From assembly GCA_965224245.1 (NCBI GenBank), contig OZ245046.1:1792001-1856000 (forward strand): 64,000 nt of DNA, written 5' to 3'. Numbering within the stretch: position 1 is the stretch's first letter; each line of letters begins with the position of its first letter. Of this stretch, positions 17,047 through 26,909 are shown piece by piece. The notes beneath the pieces are model-generated. The model made no database searches and was not told the DNA's origin. It saw only the letters and a list, made by a program, of their open reading frames with translations. Position numbers and translations under genes: made by a program. The stretch comes from Candidatus Eiseniibacteriota bacterium (GTDB lineage Bacteria; Eisenbacteria; RBG-16-71-46; CAZAMP01).

Positions 17047-19704
17047 TCAGTGCCCGCGGAATGCCTCCACCCAGTTCTGAACCACCACGATGCTCCCGCT
17101 CGTCTCGGCCGGGTCACCGGCCTGGATCATCAGGAACGTGGATCCGTCCGGATCCGGCGTGTAGCCGTGCACGAGCTCGAGCTGCCGCTCGCCGAGATCG
17201 AACAGAACCTGCGGCCGGCCGAGGGAGACCCCGTCGCCGATCTCGATGTCGACCTCCATTAGACGACCGTCCGACTCGTAGATGAGCCGGGTCCCGTCGG
17301 GGCTCCACCGCGGGTACATGCCGCCGTCGCTCGATACCTGCCATCGCCGGAGCGGCGTCGACTCCGCCTCGAGCTGCGAGAGGTAGACCTCCGAGCGTCC
17401 CGACTCGTCCGAGACGTACGCAAACAGCGAGGCCGTCGGACAGGCCTGGGGATCGATCTCCTGCGCGTTCGTCGCGCGAAGCGGACGCGCGGGCTCGGAC
17501 GCGTCGAGCGGGATCATCCAGACGTTGGATTTCGTCGTCGGCGCATGGAGCTGAACGAGCAGCCGGCGTCCGTCGGACGTCACCGACGGGCAGGCCGACG
17601 TTCGCTGGAACACACCGAGCTCGCCGGCCCGGAAGAGCACGCGGGGCCCGGAGGCCAGCTCCAGGTCGTGGACCTCGATCCAGGAGGAGTCCGAGCGCAC
17701 GACCCCGACGGACGTGTCGGAGAGCCAGAACGGGTTCCGCGCCTCGGGCCCCGAGGCGACCACCGTCCGCGTGCCGCGCATCAGATCCCGCACCTCGAGT
17801 GAGTAGTGCGATCCCTGGAGGAAGGCCTCGATGAGCTTCGTCCCCGACGGGGAGAGCGCCACGTCGTCGATGTGAAGGGCGCGATCGATCGGCTCCCCCT
17901 GGACCCTCCCCTGCCGATCGACGCGTATCAGGTCGTGTCCCTCCGATCCCGCGCCCGCGTACACCAGCGTCCCGTCATCGGACACGCTCGGCACCTGCCC
18001 GCCGGCCGCGACCAGGAACGGCTCCCCCTCGACGCTCAGGTCGTCCAGTGAGAAGGGCACGGCCCAGATCGCGGGCTCGGGCTCCACTCGGTGATAGAGG
18101 ATGTGCCCCGCCTGGTAGATCGGGTACTCGATCGTGATGTCGCCGGGATGCTCCCACAGCTCGCGGTGCTCGCCGTCGCGGATGAGATCGAGCTTGCTCC
18201 GGGCACCGGACAGTGGATGCGGCACAACGAGCACGCCCCGGCCGCCGGGCAGGAGGCTCGGCGCGTGAAAGTCGCTCTCGCGCCGCGCGTCGGGCTCGAG
18301 GATGCACACGGGATCCCCGCCGGTCACGTGTACCTCGTACACGCCCCCGTTGCCGGACGCGAACACGATGTGGTCGCCCGGTCCCCACACCGCGCGCGCC
18401 ACGTCGTCGAAGTCCTCGGGTGTGCTACAGATCGCGATCGCGCGCCCGCCCTCCACCGAGACTCTCCACAGCCGACGGTCGAGCTCGAACCCGATGGCCG
18501 AGTTGTCGGGCGACCAGAACGGGAAGCGGGCTCCGTCGGTCCCCTCGAGCGGCTGCGCCTCGAGCGCGTCGAGCGCGCGGACCCAGAGGTGACCGCTGGC
18601 GGAGTAGACCACGCGCCGTCCGTCCGGCGAGACGGTCGGTGGCTTCATCGCGACGTCGAGGCCCTCCACCGGAATGGCAAAGCGCGTGACGCGCGGCGGC
18701 GTCCGATGCGTGCGGTCGCTCCGCATCTGTGCGATCACGACGACGGTCATCATCGCGACGAGAGCCCAGAGGATCCAGCCGAGGCGCGGGCGGGCCGGCC
18801 GGCCCGCCGCGTCGATCCGGGGATCCTCTCCGAGGCCGGGGCCACGTTCGTGCTCCTCCGCCGCGTCGTCGAGCTCGAGGCGGGCGTCGGCCAGGCTGTG
18901 CAGCCGCCGTCGAGGATCGCGCTCGAGGCACCGGCGGATAAGACGGCGAAGGGCCAATGGCGTGTCCGCCGGCAGAGCGGACCAGTCGATGGGATCGCGC
19001 AGCACCGCGGCCAGCGTGTCGGAGACCGACTCCCCGGCAAAGAGACGCCGGGCGGTGAGGCACTCGTACACCACGCACCCGAACGCCCACACGTCGGACC
19101 GCTGGTCGACGGGGCTTCCCCTCGCCTGCTCTGGACTCATGTAGGCGGCGGTGCCGAGGATGACGTTGGGGGCCGTGGTTCCCGCCAGCCGCGTGGGCGA
19201 CTGCGAGAGGTCCCCGATCGTGTCGGGTCCGCTCTCCAGCGCCTTCGCGAGGCCGAAGTCCAGCACCTTGGCCGAGCCCTCGGAGGTGAACGCGACGTTC
19301 CCCGGCTTGAGATCCCGATGCACCACACCCTGCCGGTGAGCGAACTCGAGCGCGTCGGCGATCTGTCGGGCCACGCGCAAGACCTCGTCCACCGGCATCG
19401 GCCCCGTCTCCAGACGACGGGCCAGATCGGCTCCGGTGATGAGCTCGAGCACGATGAACCGATGATCGCCGTCCACCTCGAGTCCGTGGATGGCGGCGAT
19501 GTGGGGATGACTCAGCGAGGCCAGGAGCCGTGCCTCGCGCTCGAACCGGGCCCGGTGCTCGTCGTCACCGAGAAGCCGCGGTGGGATGATCTTGATCGCG
19601 ACGTCGCGGCCGAGCGTGGTGTCACGCGCGCGGTACACCTCGCCCATCCCGCCTTGGCCGATCTTCTCGACGATCGCGTAGTGTGACAGCGTACGCCCGA
19701 TCAT
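17047..19704 (-). CDS. Ser/Thr protein kinase with TM helix and TolB/PD40-like beta-propeller
   Basis: MIGRTLSHY start after GGGGGGA; GQGGMG, VAIK, HRDLKPGN, DFG; SPDG repeats. Confidence 0.93.
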   Translation of the reverse strand: MIGRTLSHYAIVEKIGQGGMGEVYRARDTTLGRDVAIKIIPPRLLGDDEHRARFEREARLLASLSHPHIAAIHGLEVDGDHRFIVLELITGADLARRLETGPMPVDEVLRVARQIADALEFAHRQGVVHRDLKPGNVAFTSEGSAKVLDFGLAKALESGPDTIGDLSQSPTRLAGTTAPNVILGTAAYMSPEQARGSPVDQRSDVWAFGCVVYECLTARRLFAGESVSDTLAAVLRDPIDWSALPADTPLALRRLIRRCLERDPRRRLHSLADARLELDDAAEEHERGPGLGEDPRIDAAGRPARPRLGWILWALVAMMTVVVIAQMRSDRTHRTPPRVTRFAIPVEGLDVAMKPPTVSPDGRRVVYSASGHLWVRALDALEAQPLEGTDGARFPFWSPDNSAIGFELDRRLWRVSVEGGRAIAICSTPEDFDDVARAVWGPGDHIVFASGNGGVYEVHVTGGDPVCILEPDARRESDFHAPSLLPGGRGVLVVPHPLSGARSKLDLIRDGEHRELWEHPGDITIEYPIYQAGHILYHRVEPEPAIWAVPFSLDDLSVEGEPFLVAAGGQVPSVSDDGTLVYAGAGSEGHDLIRVDRQGRVQGEPIDRALHIDDVALSPSGTKLIEAFLQGSHYSLEVRDLMRGTRTVVASGPEARNPFWLSDTSVGVVRSDSSWIEVHDLELASGPRVLFRAGELGVFQRTSACPSVTSDGRRLLVQLHAPTTKSNVWMIPLDASEPARPLRATNAQEIDPQACPTASLFAYVSDESGRSEVYLSQLEAESTPLRRWQVSSDGGMYPRWSPDGTRLIYESDGRLMEVDIEIGDGVSLGRPQVLFDLGERQLELVHGYTPDPDGSTFLMIQAGDPAETSGSIVVVQNWVEAFRGH

Positions 19705-19762
19705 CCCGGTCCCCCCGCTTCGGGAACGTACTCTGCGTGAGCCGGCGCCCGTCCTCCCGCGA

Positions 19763-19852
19763 CCGCTCGCGGCAGACCTCGCCCATGCCTCCGGCTCCGA
19801 GTTGCGAGACAATCTCGTAGGGGCCGAGGCGAGCTTCGAGGTCGAGAGCCAA
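19763..19852 (-). pseudogene. Decayed 5' stub of a Ser/Thr kinase gene
   Basis: LALDLEARLGPYEIVSQLGAGGMGEVCRER matches kinase subdomain I, after which similarity stops. Confidence 0.75.
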
Positions 19853-20019
19853 CGCGAAGGGGTCCTCTCGATTCACAGGCCGAGAGAGTATCAGGGCGTC
19901 GTGGTCCTCCACCAGGCTCCCGATGGAGAAGCCGGGAGTCGGGAGTGGCGTGACGCCCGCCAGGCGCTCTACAGTCTCATGTCACTCCGGCTCGACTCCA
20001 CGTGACGGAGGTCTGGGAC

Positions 20020-22560
20020 GTGATCGGCAAGAACCTCGCCCACTACCGGGTCATCGAGAAGATCGGCGCCGGAGGCATGGGGGTGGTCTACCGGGCCCGG
20101 GACACCCGGCTCGATCGAGACGTGGCGCTGAAGGTGCTTTCCCCCGAAGCGGCCCAGGACCCCGATCGTCGACTGCGCTTCCTGCGCGAAGCGAAGACGG
20201 TGGCCGCCCTCGAACACCCCAACATCGTCACCCTGCATTCGGTCGAGGAGGACCAGGACACGCACTTCCTGACCATGGAGCTCGTCGAGGGAGAGGGTCT
20301 CGACGAGGTCTTGAAGCAGGGCGCCGTGCCGCTCCCACGCGCGCTCGAGATCGGTGCCTCCGTCGCCGACGCCCTCGCGGCCGCGCACGCGAGGGGCATC
20401 GTCCATCGCGATCTCAAGCCGGCCAACGTCATGGTCGCGAGCGGACGCGTGAAGATCCTGGACTTCGGGCTCGCTCGCCTCGTGCATGCGGCGGCCGGAA
20501 TCGCAGACGCCACCGCAACGACCGCGACCGACGTCACCCGACCGGGGCAAATCCTGGGAACCGTCGCGTACCTGTCTCCCGAGCAGGCCCGTGGGAAGCC
20601 CGTCGATCACCGATCCGATCTCTTCAGCTTCGGCATCTTGCTCTACGAGATGGCGAGCGGGGCTCATCCCTTTCGTCGGGAAAGTGTCGCGGAGACGATA
20701 TCCGCCATCCTCCGGGACGAGCCGGCGCCCGCGAACTCGCCGGTACAGCCGCCGGAGGCGCTGAGCGCGGTCATCCGGCGATGCCTGGCCAAGGATCCCG
20801 GAGATCGCTACCAGTCGGCGCTGGAGCTTCTCGACGAGCTCTCTGATCTGCGACACCAGATCGAACAGGGACGCCGGGCGCGGCGGACCCGGGACGCGAG
20901 AGCGGATCGCAAGCGTGTTGTCGTGTTCCCCTTCGACAACCTGGGTCATGTCGAGGACGACTACTTCGCGCAAGGACTGGCCGAGGAGCTCTCCGCACTG
21001 CTCGCCACCTCCGAGGATCTGAGCGTCGTGTCGCGATCGACGGCCACCCGCTACGATCGCTCCGGCAAGACCACCGGCGAGATCGCCGTCGACCTGAACG
21101 TGGCGTATCTGGTCGATGGATCGGTACGCTGGACACGAGCGGGCGCCCATGCCCGCGTGCGAGTCACCGCTCAGCTCGTGGACGCGCGAACCGACACCCA
21201 GCTGTGGGCGGGCCGACAGGATCGAGAGCTCCTCGACGTCCTCGACGTGCAGGCCGACATCGCCCAGCAGATCGTCGATCAGCTCGGCCTCGAGCTCTCG
21301 GGCGACGCCCGGCGAGCACTGACCGCCCGGCTGACCGACGACGCCGATGCCTACCTCGCGTACCTCCGGGGACAGAGCCTCTTGAACCGGCGAGACTGGC
21401 TCGGCGAGGACTATCGCCTGGCCATCCAGCTGTTCGAGCGCGCGATCGAGCTCGACCCGGGCTTCGCGGCCGCGCAGGCGGGTATCGCGCTCGCTCATGG
21501 ACGGCTCTACCACCATGGTCGCGATCGGTCGTCGGACCGGCTGGCGCGCGCTCGGGAGGCAGCCGCTCGCGCGCTCCAGCTCGACCCGAACTCGCCCCAC
21601 GCACACCTCGCGGCAGGATCCACGCGGTACTGGGGTGATCGGGACTACAAGGGAGCGCTCGTCGAGCTCCGGAGCGCGCAGCGCGCCATGCCGAACGACA
21701 ACGAGCTCCGGACCATCATCGCCGCCGTCATGCGAAGGTCCGGACAGATCGAGGCGTCGTTGCCCCTGTTCGAGACGGTCGCGCGCGAGGATCCCACCGA
21801 CCCGATGGCTCAGCTGGAGCTGGGCAACTGTCACGCCCTGCTCGGGCGGTACGCCGCCGCGGACCCGTACTACCGTCGTTGCCTCGCCATGGCTCCCGAT
21901 CAGGCCTGGGGATACGCCCATCTCGCCTTGAACCTCTGGCTGTGGAAGGGTGATCTGGCGGCCGCCCGCGCGGTCCTCGATTCGATGCCCCGCATGGAGG
22001 TCGCGAACCAGATCCCGCATCTCTACCTGCAGAGCATCTGGGAACGAGACTACGATCGGGCCCTCGCCGAGATCGAGGCGCTGTCCGGGGAGCGGTACGA
22101 GGACCAGGAGGAGTTCCTTCCCAAGCCGCTGCTCCTGGGACACGTCTGGGATCTCGCCGGCGATCGAGGGAGGGCGCGTTCGCTGTACCGCGAGGCCGTC
22201 GTCGTGCTCGAGCAGGCCGCGGAGGGCGAGCCGACGGACGACCGGATCAAGAGCGCGCTGGCCAGGTCGTACGCGGGTCTCGGGCGCGACGCGGAGGCGG
22301 TCGAGACGGCGACGGCCGCACTCGATCTGTGCCCGGTGTCGAGCGACCTCTTCGTCGGATCCGTGCGACTGCAGGACCTCGCGCTGGTCCTGGCCCGGGT
22401 CGGCGCGGTGGACGAGGCGTTGGATCGCGTCGATCAGCTGCTCTCCACCCCCTCGGTCTTTTCGCGCCAGATGCTCCTCCTGAACCCCGCCTGGTCGCCG
22501 CTCCACGGGCACGAGCGGTACCGCGCACTCACCCACGACCTCGGCGAGCGTTCGCGGTAG
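20020..22560 (+). CDS. Ser/Thr kinase with TolB-N-like domain and TPR repeats (no obvious TM helix)
   Basis: VIGKNLAHY, VALK, HRDLKPAN, DFG; VVVFPFDNLG...YFAQGLAEEL; helical TPR-like repeats. Confidence 0.92.
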   Translation: MIGKNLAHYRVIEKIGAGGMGVVYRARDTRLDRDVALKVLSPEAAQDPDRRLRFLREAKTVAALEHPNIVTLHSVEEDQDTHFLTMELVEGEGLDEVLKQGAVPLPRALEIGASVADALAAAHARGIVHRDLKPANVMVASGRVKILDFGLARLVHAAAGIADATATTATDVTRPGQILGTVAYLSPEQARGKPVDHRSDLFSFGILLYEMASGAHPFRRESVAETISAILRDEPAPANSPVQPPEALSAVIRRCLAKDPGDRYQSALELLDELSDLRHQIEQGRRARRTRDARADRKRVVVFPFDNLGHVEDDYFAQGLAEELSALLATSEDLSVVSRSTATRYDRSGKTTGEIAVDLNVAYLVDGSVRWTRAGAHARVRVTAQLVDARTDTQLWAGRQDRELLDVLDVQADIAQQIVDQLGLELSGDARRALTARLTDDADAYLAYLRGQSLLNRRDWLGEDYRLAIQLFERAIELDPGFAAAQAGIALAHGRLYHHGRDRSSDRLARAREAAARALQLDPNSPHAHLAAGSTRYWGDRDYKGALVELRSAQRAMPNDNELRTIIAAVMRRSGQIEASLPLFETVAREDPTDPMAQLELGNCHALLGRYAAADPYYRRCLAMAPDQAWGYAHLALNLWLWKGDLAAARAVLDSMPRMEVANQIPHLYLQSIWERDYDRALAEIEALSGERYEDQEEFLPKPLLLGHVWDLAGDRGRARSLYREAVVVLEQAAEGEPTDDRIKSALARSYAGLGRDAEAVETATAALDLCPVSSDLFVGSVRLQDLALVLARVGAVDEALDRVDQLLSTPSVFSRQMLLLNPAWSPLHGHERYRALTHDLGERSR

Positions 22561-22584
22561 GATCCGCCGACGCAGCCGCCGTCC

Positions 22585-22680
22585 GGGACGATGCTCGGTC
22601 CGTGCGAGACCTCTCCCCCCTCGGCGCCGTGGGAATGGGCGAGGTCTGTCGCGCCCGCAACACGCGGCTCGGTCGCCGAG
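22585..22680 (+). pseudogene. Frameshifted 5' stub of a Ser/Thr kinase gene
   Basis: GTMLGPCE, then after a 1-nt shift LSPLGAVGMGEVCRARNTRLGR; truncated thereafter. Confidence 0.75.
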
Positions 22681-22901
22681 ACGCACCGGCCGGAATCGAG
22701 CCGCAAATCGCTGCCGTGCAGCGTCTTGTGGTCAACATCTCATACTGAATCGAGACAGAGCCCCGCACGGGGCACCGGCGAGCCGGTGGCCGTTTCGCGT
22801 CTCCCGACTTGCTCTTCATGGCGTCCTGTCACATCCTCTTCGACCTGGATTCGAACCCGACCCTTCGAACCCGACGACCACCCACATGGAGGAACGGACA
22901 C

Positions 22902-23540
22902 GTGAAGACCCTTCTGCGACTCGGCGTCGCGGCCATCGCCGCGATCGCGATCAGTCAGCCGGCCCTGGCGCAGCACGATGACCACGACGGCCACGACCAC
23001 GGCAGCCATGACCACGGCAGCCACGACGCGCCCGCGTACGACGAGGCGGCCATGATGGAGGCGTGGATGAAGGCCGCCACTCCGGGCGAGGCGCACGCCG
23101 AGCTCATGACGCTGGCCGGCGAGTGGGACGCGGCGATGACGACCTACGAGATGGGCAAGGAGCCCGAGACGAGCACCGGCACCGCGAGCTACGAGGTGCT
23201 CTTCGACGGTCGCGTTCTCCGGGGCACGTTCCACGGCACGATGATGGGCATGCCGATGCAGGGACTGAGCCTCGAGGGCTACGACAACGTCTCCGGCGAG
23301 TACTGGTCCACCTGGGTCGACAACATGGGGACCGGCATCGGCGTGATGAGGGGCACCAAGCAGGCGGACGGCTCGATCGAGTACGAGGGCGACATGAGCT
23401 CGCCGATGGGGCCGATGCACATGCGCATGATCGCGACCCGCCCGTCGGAGGACGAGGCCAAGATGGTCATGTACGTGACCATGGGCGGCATGCCCGAGTT
23501 CAAGAACATGGAGATCACGTACACCCGAAAGGGTGTCTAG
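22902..23540 (+). CDS. Exported DUF1579-like protein with His-rich N-terminus
   Basis: GGAGG RBS then GTG; signal peptide; HDDHDGHDHGSHDHGSHD; TPGEAH..L..LAGEW, GYDN, STWVDNMGTG. Confidence 0.82.
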   Translation: MKTLLRLGVAAIAAIAISQPALAQHDDHDGHDHGSHDHGSHDAPAYDEAAMMEAWMKAATPGEAHAELMTLAGEWDAAMTTYEMGKEPETSTGTASYEVLFDGRVLRGTFHGTMMGMPMQGLSLEGYDNVSGEYWSTWVDNMGTGIGVMRGTKQADGSIEYEGDMSSPMGPMHMRMIATRPSEDEAKMVMYVTMGGMPEFKNMEITYTRKGV

Positions 23541-23564
23541 TGTCCCGCTAGCGCCTCCACCCCC

Positions 23565-23593
23565 GCGACCGGCCGGAGCCGCCGGCCGGTCGC
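23565..23593 (+). terminator. GC-rich hairpin, possible terminator
   Basis: GCGACCGGCCGG-agccg-CCGGCCGGTCGC, a perfect 12-bp stem 25 nt after the stop; no clear U-tract. Confidence 0.5.
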
Positions 23594-23649
23594 CGTTCGC
23601 TCGCCGTTCAGGGTTTGGTGAGCGCGCCCGCCGCCCGTAGACTGCGCGC

Positions 23650-25827
23650 ATGTCGTTCACGTGGTTGACGCGATGGAGTCTCTCCGCGCGCATCTTCGTC
23701 GGGCTCGGGCTCGGCATCGCTGTCGGGCTCTTCTTCGGAGAGCGCGCCGCGGTGCTGCAGCCGATCGCCGACGTCTACATCCGCCTGATGCAGATGACGG
23801 TGCTGCCGTATCTCGTCCTGTCACTGATCGTCGGGTTCGGACAGCTCGATCCGTCCCGGGCGCGACGGCTGGCGCTCTACGCGGGCGCACTGCTCCTGCT
23901 GGTTTGGGCGGTGGTGGGTGTGGTCATCGTGACCGCGCCGCTGGCGTTTCCGGAGAAGGAGAGCGCGTCCTTCTTCAGCCACTCCCTCGTCGAGCCCCGG
24001 AAGCCGTTTCCGGTGGCCGATCTCTACTTCACCTCGAACCCCTTCCACTCGATGGCCAACGCGGTGGTGCCCGCGGTGGTGCTGTTCAGCTCGCTGGTCG
24101 GGATCTTCCTCGTGGGCGTGGAGGGTCGAGAGCGCGTGATCGAGGCTCTCCGGACGCTCAACCGGTCCATCGAGCGCATCACGCACTTCATCATCCGGCT
24201 CACGCCGATCGGCGTGTTCGGGATCGGCGCGGTGGCGGCGGGGACGATGCCGCTGGAGACGTTCGAGCGCCTCGAGGTGTACTTCCTCGTCTTCGCCCTG
24301 GTCTCGCTGCTGTTGACGTTCTGGGTGCTACCGCTCCTCGTCACCGCCCTGACCCCGTTCCGATACGGCGAGGTCGTGGGCGCGGCCAGGGACGCCCTGG
24401 TCACGGCGTTCGCGACGAACAACGCGTTCATCGTGCTCCCGGTCCTCGTGGGCCGGTCGAAGGCACTGCTTCGCAAGCACCATCTGCTCGATGAGGAGAG
24501 CGCGTCCTCGGCCGACATCCTGATCCCGGTGCTGTTCAACTTCCCCAACGCGGGCCGGCTCCTCACACTGCTCTTCATTCCGTTCGCGGCCTGGCTCTCG
24601 GGGTCGATGCTGCCGGTGGCCGACTACCCGCGGCTCATCGCGGTGGGCATTCCCACGTACTTCGCCAAGGCCCAGGTGGCGATTCCGTTTCTCCTGGACG
24701 TGTTCACGCTGCCCCACGATCTCTTCCAGCTCTACATCCCCACCTCGATCCTGAACGGCAAGTTCGACTCGATGGTGGCGGCGATGAACCTGTTCGTGTT
24801 CGCGCTCATCGGCTCGGCCGCGATGGGAGGCTCCGTTCGCGTGAGCCGGGGTCGCGTGCTCAGGGCCGTCGCGGCCACCCTCGGGGGCGTCTCGCTCGTC
24901 GTCGCCACCGCGCGCGTTCTGGCGAGCATCGTGGTCGGCGGCGACTACGACGCCGACGAGGTCATCCGCCGCATGCACGCCTCCCGCGACCACGGTGGGG
25001 CGATCGTTCATCGGGACCTGTCGTCGGTCGACCGACCCGACGCACACCCCGACGGCGTGCTCGCCCGTGCGCGGGAACGGGGCACGTTGCGACTCGGCTT
25101 CGATCCAGGGAATCTGCCGTTCAGCTTCTTCAACGCCGATAGCGCACTGGTGGGCCTGGACGTCGAGCTCGCCTGCGATCTCGCCGACGCGCTCGGCCTG
25201 ACGCCCGAGTTCGTTCCCGTCTCCTGGCCCGACTTGCCCGGCATGCTGGCCGACGGCCTCATCGACGTGATGCCGAGCATGTGGGTCCGCCCGTACTGGT
25301 TCGGCTCGCTCCGGCTGTCCACCCCGTATCTGACCTGCACGGCGGGGCTCCTCGTGCGCGACGAACGTCGCCACCAGTTCCAGACGCTCGACACGATCCG
25401 GGGGCAGCGTGATCTCCGGATCGGTGTCCCCCTGGGGGTGACCCAGCTCGCCTCGGCGGTGGAACGCTACTTCGGCGGGACCGGCGCCGAGTTCGTCACG
25501 CTCCCGACGGGTCGCGCGTTCGTCGAGCGCGACGGCCTCGGTCTCGACGCGGCGCTGATCCCGGCCGAGTCGGGGGCCGCGGTCACACTGCTCCACCCCG
25601 AGTACTCGGTCGTCGTCCCGCAGCCCGATCCGGTGCGGATTCCGTTCGCGTTCGGCGTGGCCCTCGATGCCGACCCGCTCCTCATGGTGGTCGACGAGTG
25701 GGTCGTGTTCGCCGAGAGTGACGGACGGATCGCCCGCGCCTACGACTACTGGGTGCTCGGCGAAGGAGCACGCCCCACCGGTGGTCGCTGGTCGATCGCC
25801 AGGGACGTCCTGGGCTGGATCGACTGA
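23650..25827 (+). CDS. Dicarboxylate/amino acid:cation symporter fused to a family-3 solute-binding domain
   Basis: Multi-TM N-terminus (YIRLMQMTVLPY, TPIGVF); C-terminal RGTLRLGF...PFSFFN...GLDVELA. Confidence 0.88.
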   Translation: MSFTWLTRWSLSARIFVGLGLGIAVGLFFGERAAVLQPIADVYIRLMQMTVLPYLVLSLIVGFGQLDPSRARRLALYAGALLLLVWAVVGVVIVTAPLAFPEKESASFFSHSLVEPRKPFPVADLYFTSNPFHSMANAVVPAVVLFSSLVGIFLVGVEGRERVIEALRTLNRSIERITHFIIRLTPIGVFGIGAVAAGTMPLETFERLEVYFLVFALVSLLLTFWVLPLLVTALTPFRYGEVVGAARDALVTAFATNNAFIVLPVLVGRSKALLRKHHLLDEESASSADILIPVLFNFPNAGRLLTLLFIPFAAWLSGSMLPVADYPRLIAVGIPTYFAKAQVAIPFLLDVFTLPHDLFQLYIPTSILNGKFDSMVAAMNLFVFALIGSAAMGGSVRVSRGRVLRAVAATLGGVSLVVATARVLASIVVGGDYDADEVIRRMHASRDHGGAIVHRDLSSVDRPDAHPDGVLARARERGTLRLGFDPGNLPFSFFNADSALVGLDVELACDLADALGLTPEFVPVSWPDLPGMLADGLIDVMPSMWVRPYWFGSLRLSTPYLTCTAGLLVRDERRHQFQTLDTIRGQRDLRIGVPLGVTQLASAVERYFGGTGAEFVTLPTGRAFVERDGLGLDAALIPAESGAAVTLLHPEYSVVVPQPDPVRIPFAFGVALDADPLLMVVDEWVVFAESDGRIARAYDYWVLGEGARPTGGRWSIARDVLGWID

Positions 25828-25859
25828 TCCCGGCACGCCGCGGAGAGGAGCGACACCGG

Positions 25860-26876
25860 ATGCGGTCCCGACACGCCATCACGAACGCGGCGCTCGCGCT
25901 CGTCCTGGGCGCGGCCGCCGCGGTGGCGGCGGAGCCGCCGGAGAGCCCGGCGGGGACAGAGCCGACCCCGGAGGAGACGGAGCAGACCCCGGAGGAGACG
26001 GAGCCGACCCCGCCGCGACCCCGTCCCGACCTGGCCCAGCGCGCGGCCTCGCACCTTCTGTTCACGCCCGTGCGCTGGGTGGACGACCTCTTCGGCGAGG
26101 AGATCGGCGCACAGGAGACCAATCACTCCTACCTGCGCGTCTCGGGCAGCGCGCGCGGGCAGGAGCGGGACGATCCGGACTACCGGCCCGGCACGCGCCT
26201 GAAGCTGGACTTCCCCCGCGTGAACCGGCGCCTGAGCCTGATCCTGTCCGGCGGACCGGACGACGACATCGACGACCTCGCCGATCATCCGGACGACGGC
26301 GCGGACCTCGACGTTCCGGCGGAAGAGGACCGCAACAACTCGTTCCTCGGGCTAAACCAGCAGCTCGTCCGCTGGGTTCGCACCCGGGTGGACCTGCGCG
26401 GAGGCGTCAAGGCCGGATGGCGTCCGTTCGGTCAGCTGCGCTTCCGGCAGGACGTGCCCGTGTCCGGACGATGGCTCCTCCGCCTCACACAGACCGGACA
26501 GTGGATCCACGAGGACGGTCTGGGCGCGGGCACGCGGCTCGAGCTGGATCGGCCGATCGGTCGCACGCTCCTCCGGATCACCGGTCGCGCCACGCTCGAC
26601 GAGTTCGACGGGCTCGACTGGTCGTCGGGCGTGAGCGTGTACCGGCCGCTCCGGCGCCGGGCGGCGGTGTCGATCGATGCGTCGGTGTTCGGCATCTCGG
26701 ACACCCGATCGGAAATCGTGCAGTACCGCGTGGGCACGCGGTTCCGGGTGGCGGTCCGACCGCGCTGGTGGTTCGTCGAGATCGAGCCCGAGCTGACGTG
26801 GCCGCTCGCCACCGATCGATACCGCGTGCCCGCGGTCACGGCACGCACCGAGATCGTGCTCGGATGGACCGGCTGA
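25860..26876 (+). CDS. Exported hypothetical protein, probable outer-membrane beta-barrel
   Basis: Signal peptide; WVDDLFG; amphipathic beta-strand pattern; WWFVEIEPE near the C-terminus. Confidence 0.65.
   Translation: MRSRHAITNAALALVLGAAAAVAAEPPESPAGTEPTPEETEQTPEETEPTPPRPRPDLAQRAASHLLFTPVRWVDDLFGEEIGAQETNHSYLRVSGSARGQERDDPDYRPGTRLKLDFPRVNRRLSLILSGGPDDDIDDLADHPDDGADLDVPAEEDRNNSFLGLNQQLVRWVRTRVDLRGGVKAGWRPFGQLRFRQDVPVSGRWLLRLTQTGQWIHEDGLGAGTRLELDRPIGRTLLRITGRATLDEFDGLDWSSGVSVYRPLRRRAAVSIDASVFGISDTRSEIVQYRVGTRFRVAVRPRWWFVEIEPELTWPLATDRYRVPAVTARTEIVLGWTG
25959..26012 (+). repeat. 21-bp in-frame tandem repeat, about 2.5 copies (EPTPEET)
   Basis: gagccgaccccggaggagacg / gagcagaccccggaggagacg / gagccgaccccg. 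Confidence 0.85.
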
Positions 26877-26909
26877 CGCGCGTGCCCCGGGCCGTCTCGC
26901 CGGGCGCGG

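Noticed and set aside
12790-17262. 1490-aa plus-strand ORF
   Set aside because: Antisense shadow of the histidine kinase and Ser/Thr kinase genes; no motifs; expected in high-GC DNA.
19763-22680. Kinase stubs as template/variable repeats of a diversity-generating retroelement
   Set aside because: No reverse transcriptase in the window, no near-identical repeat pair, and the stubs match a conserved N-terminal region rather than a variable C-terminus.
19969-22686. 905-aa minus-strand ORF
   Set aside because: Antisense shadow of the kinase at 20020..22560.
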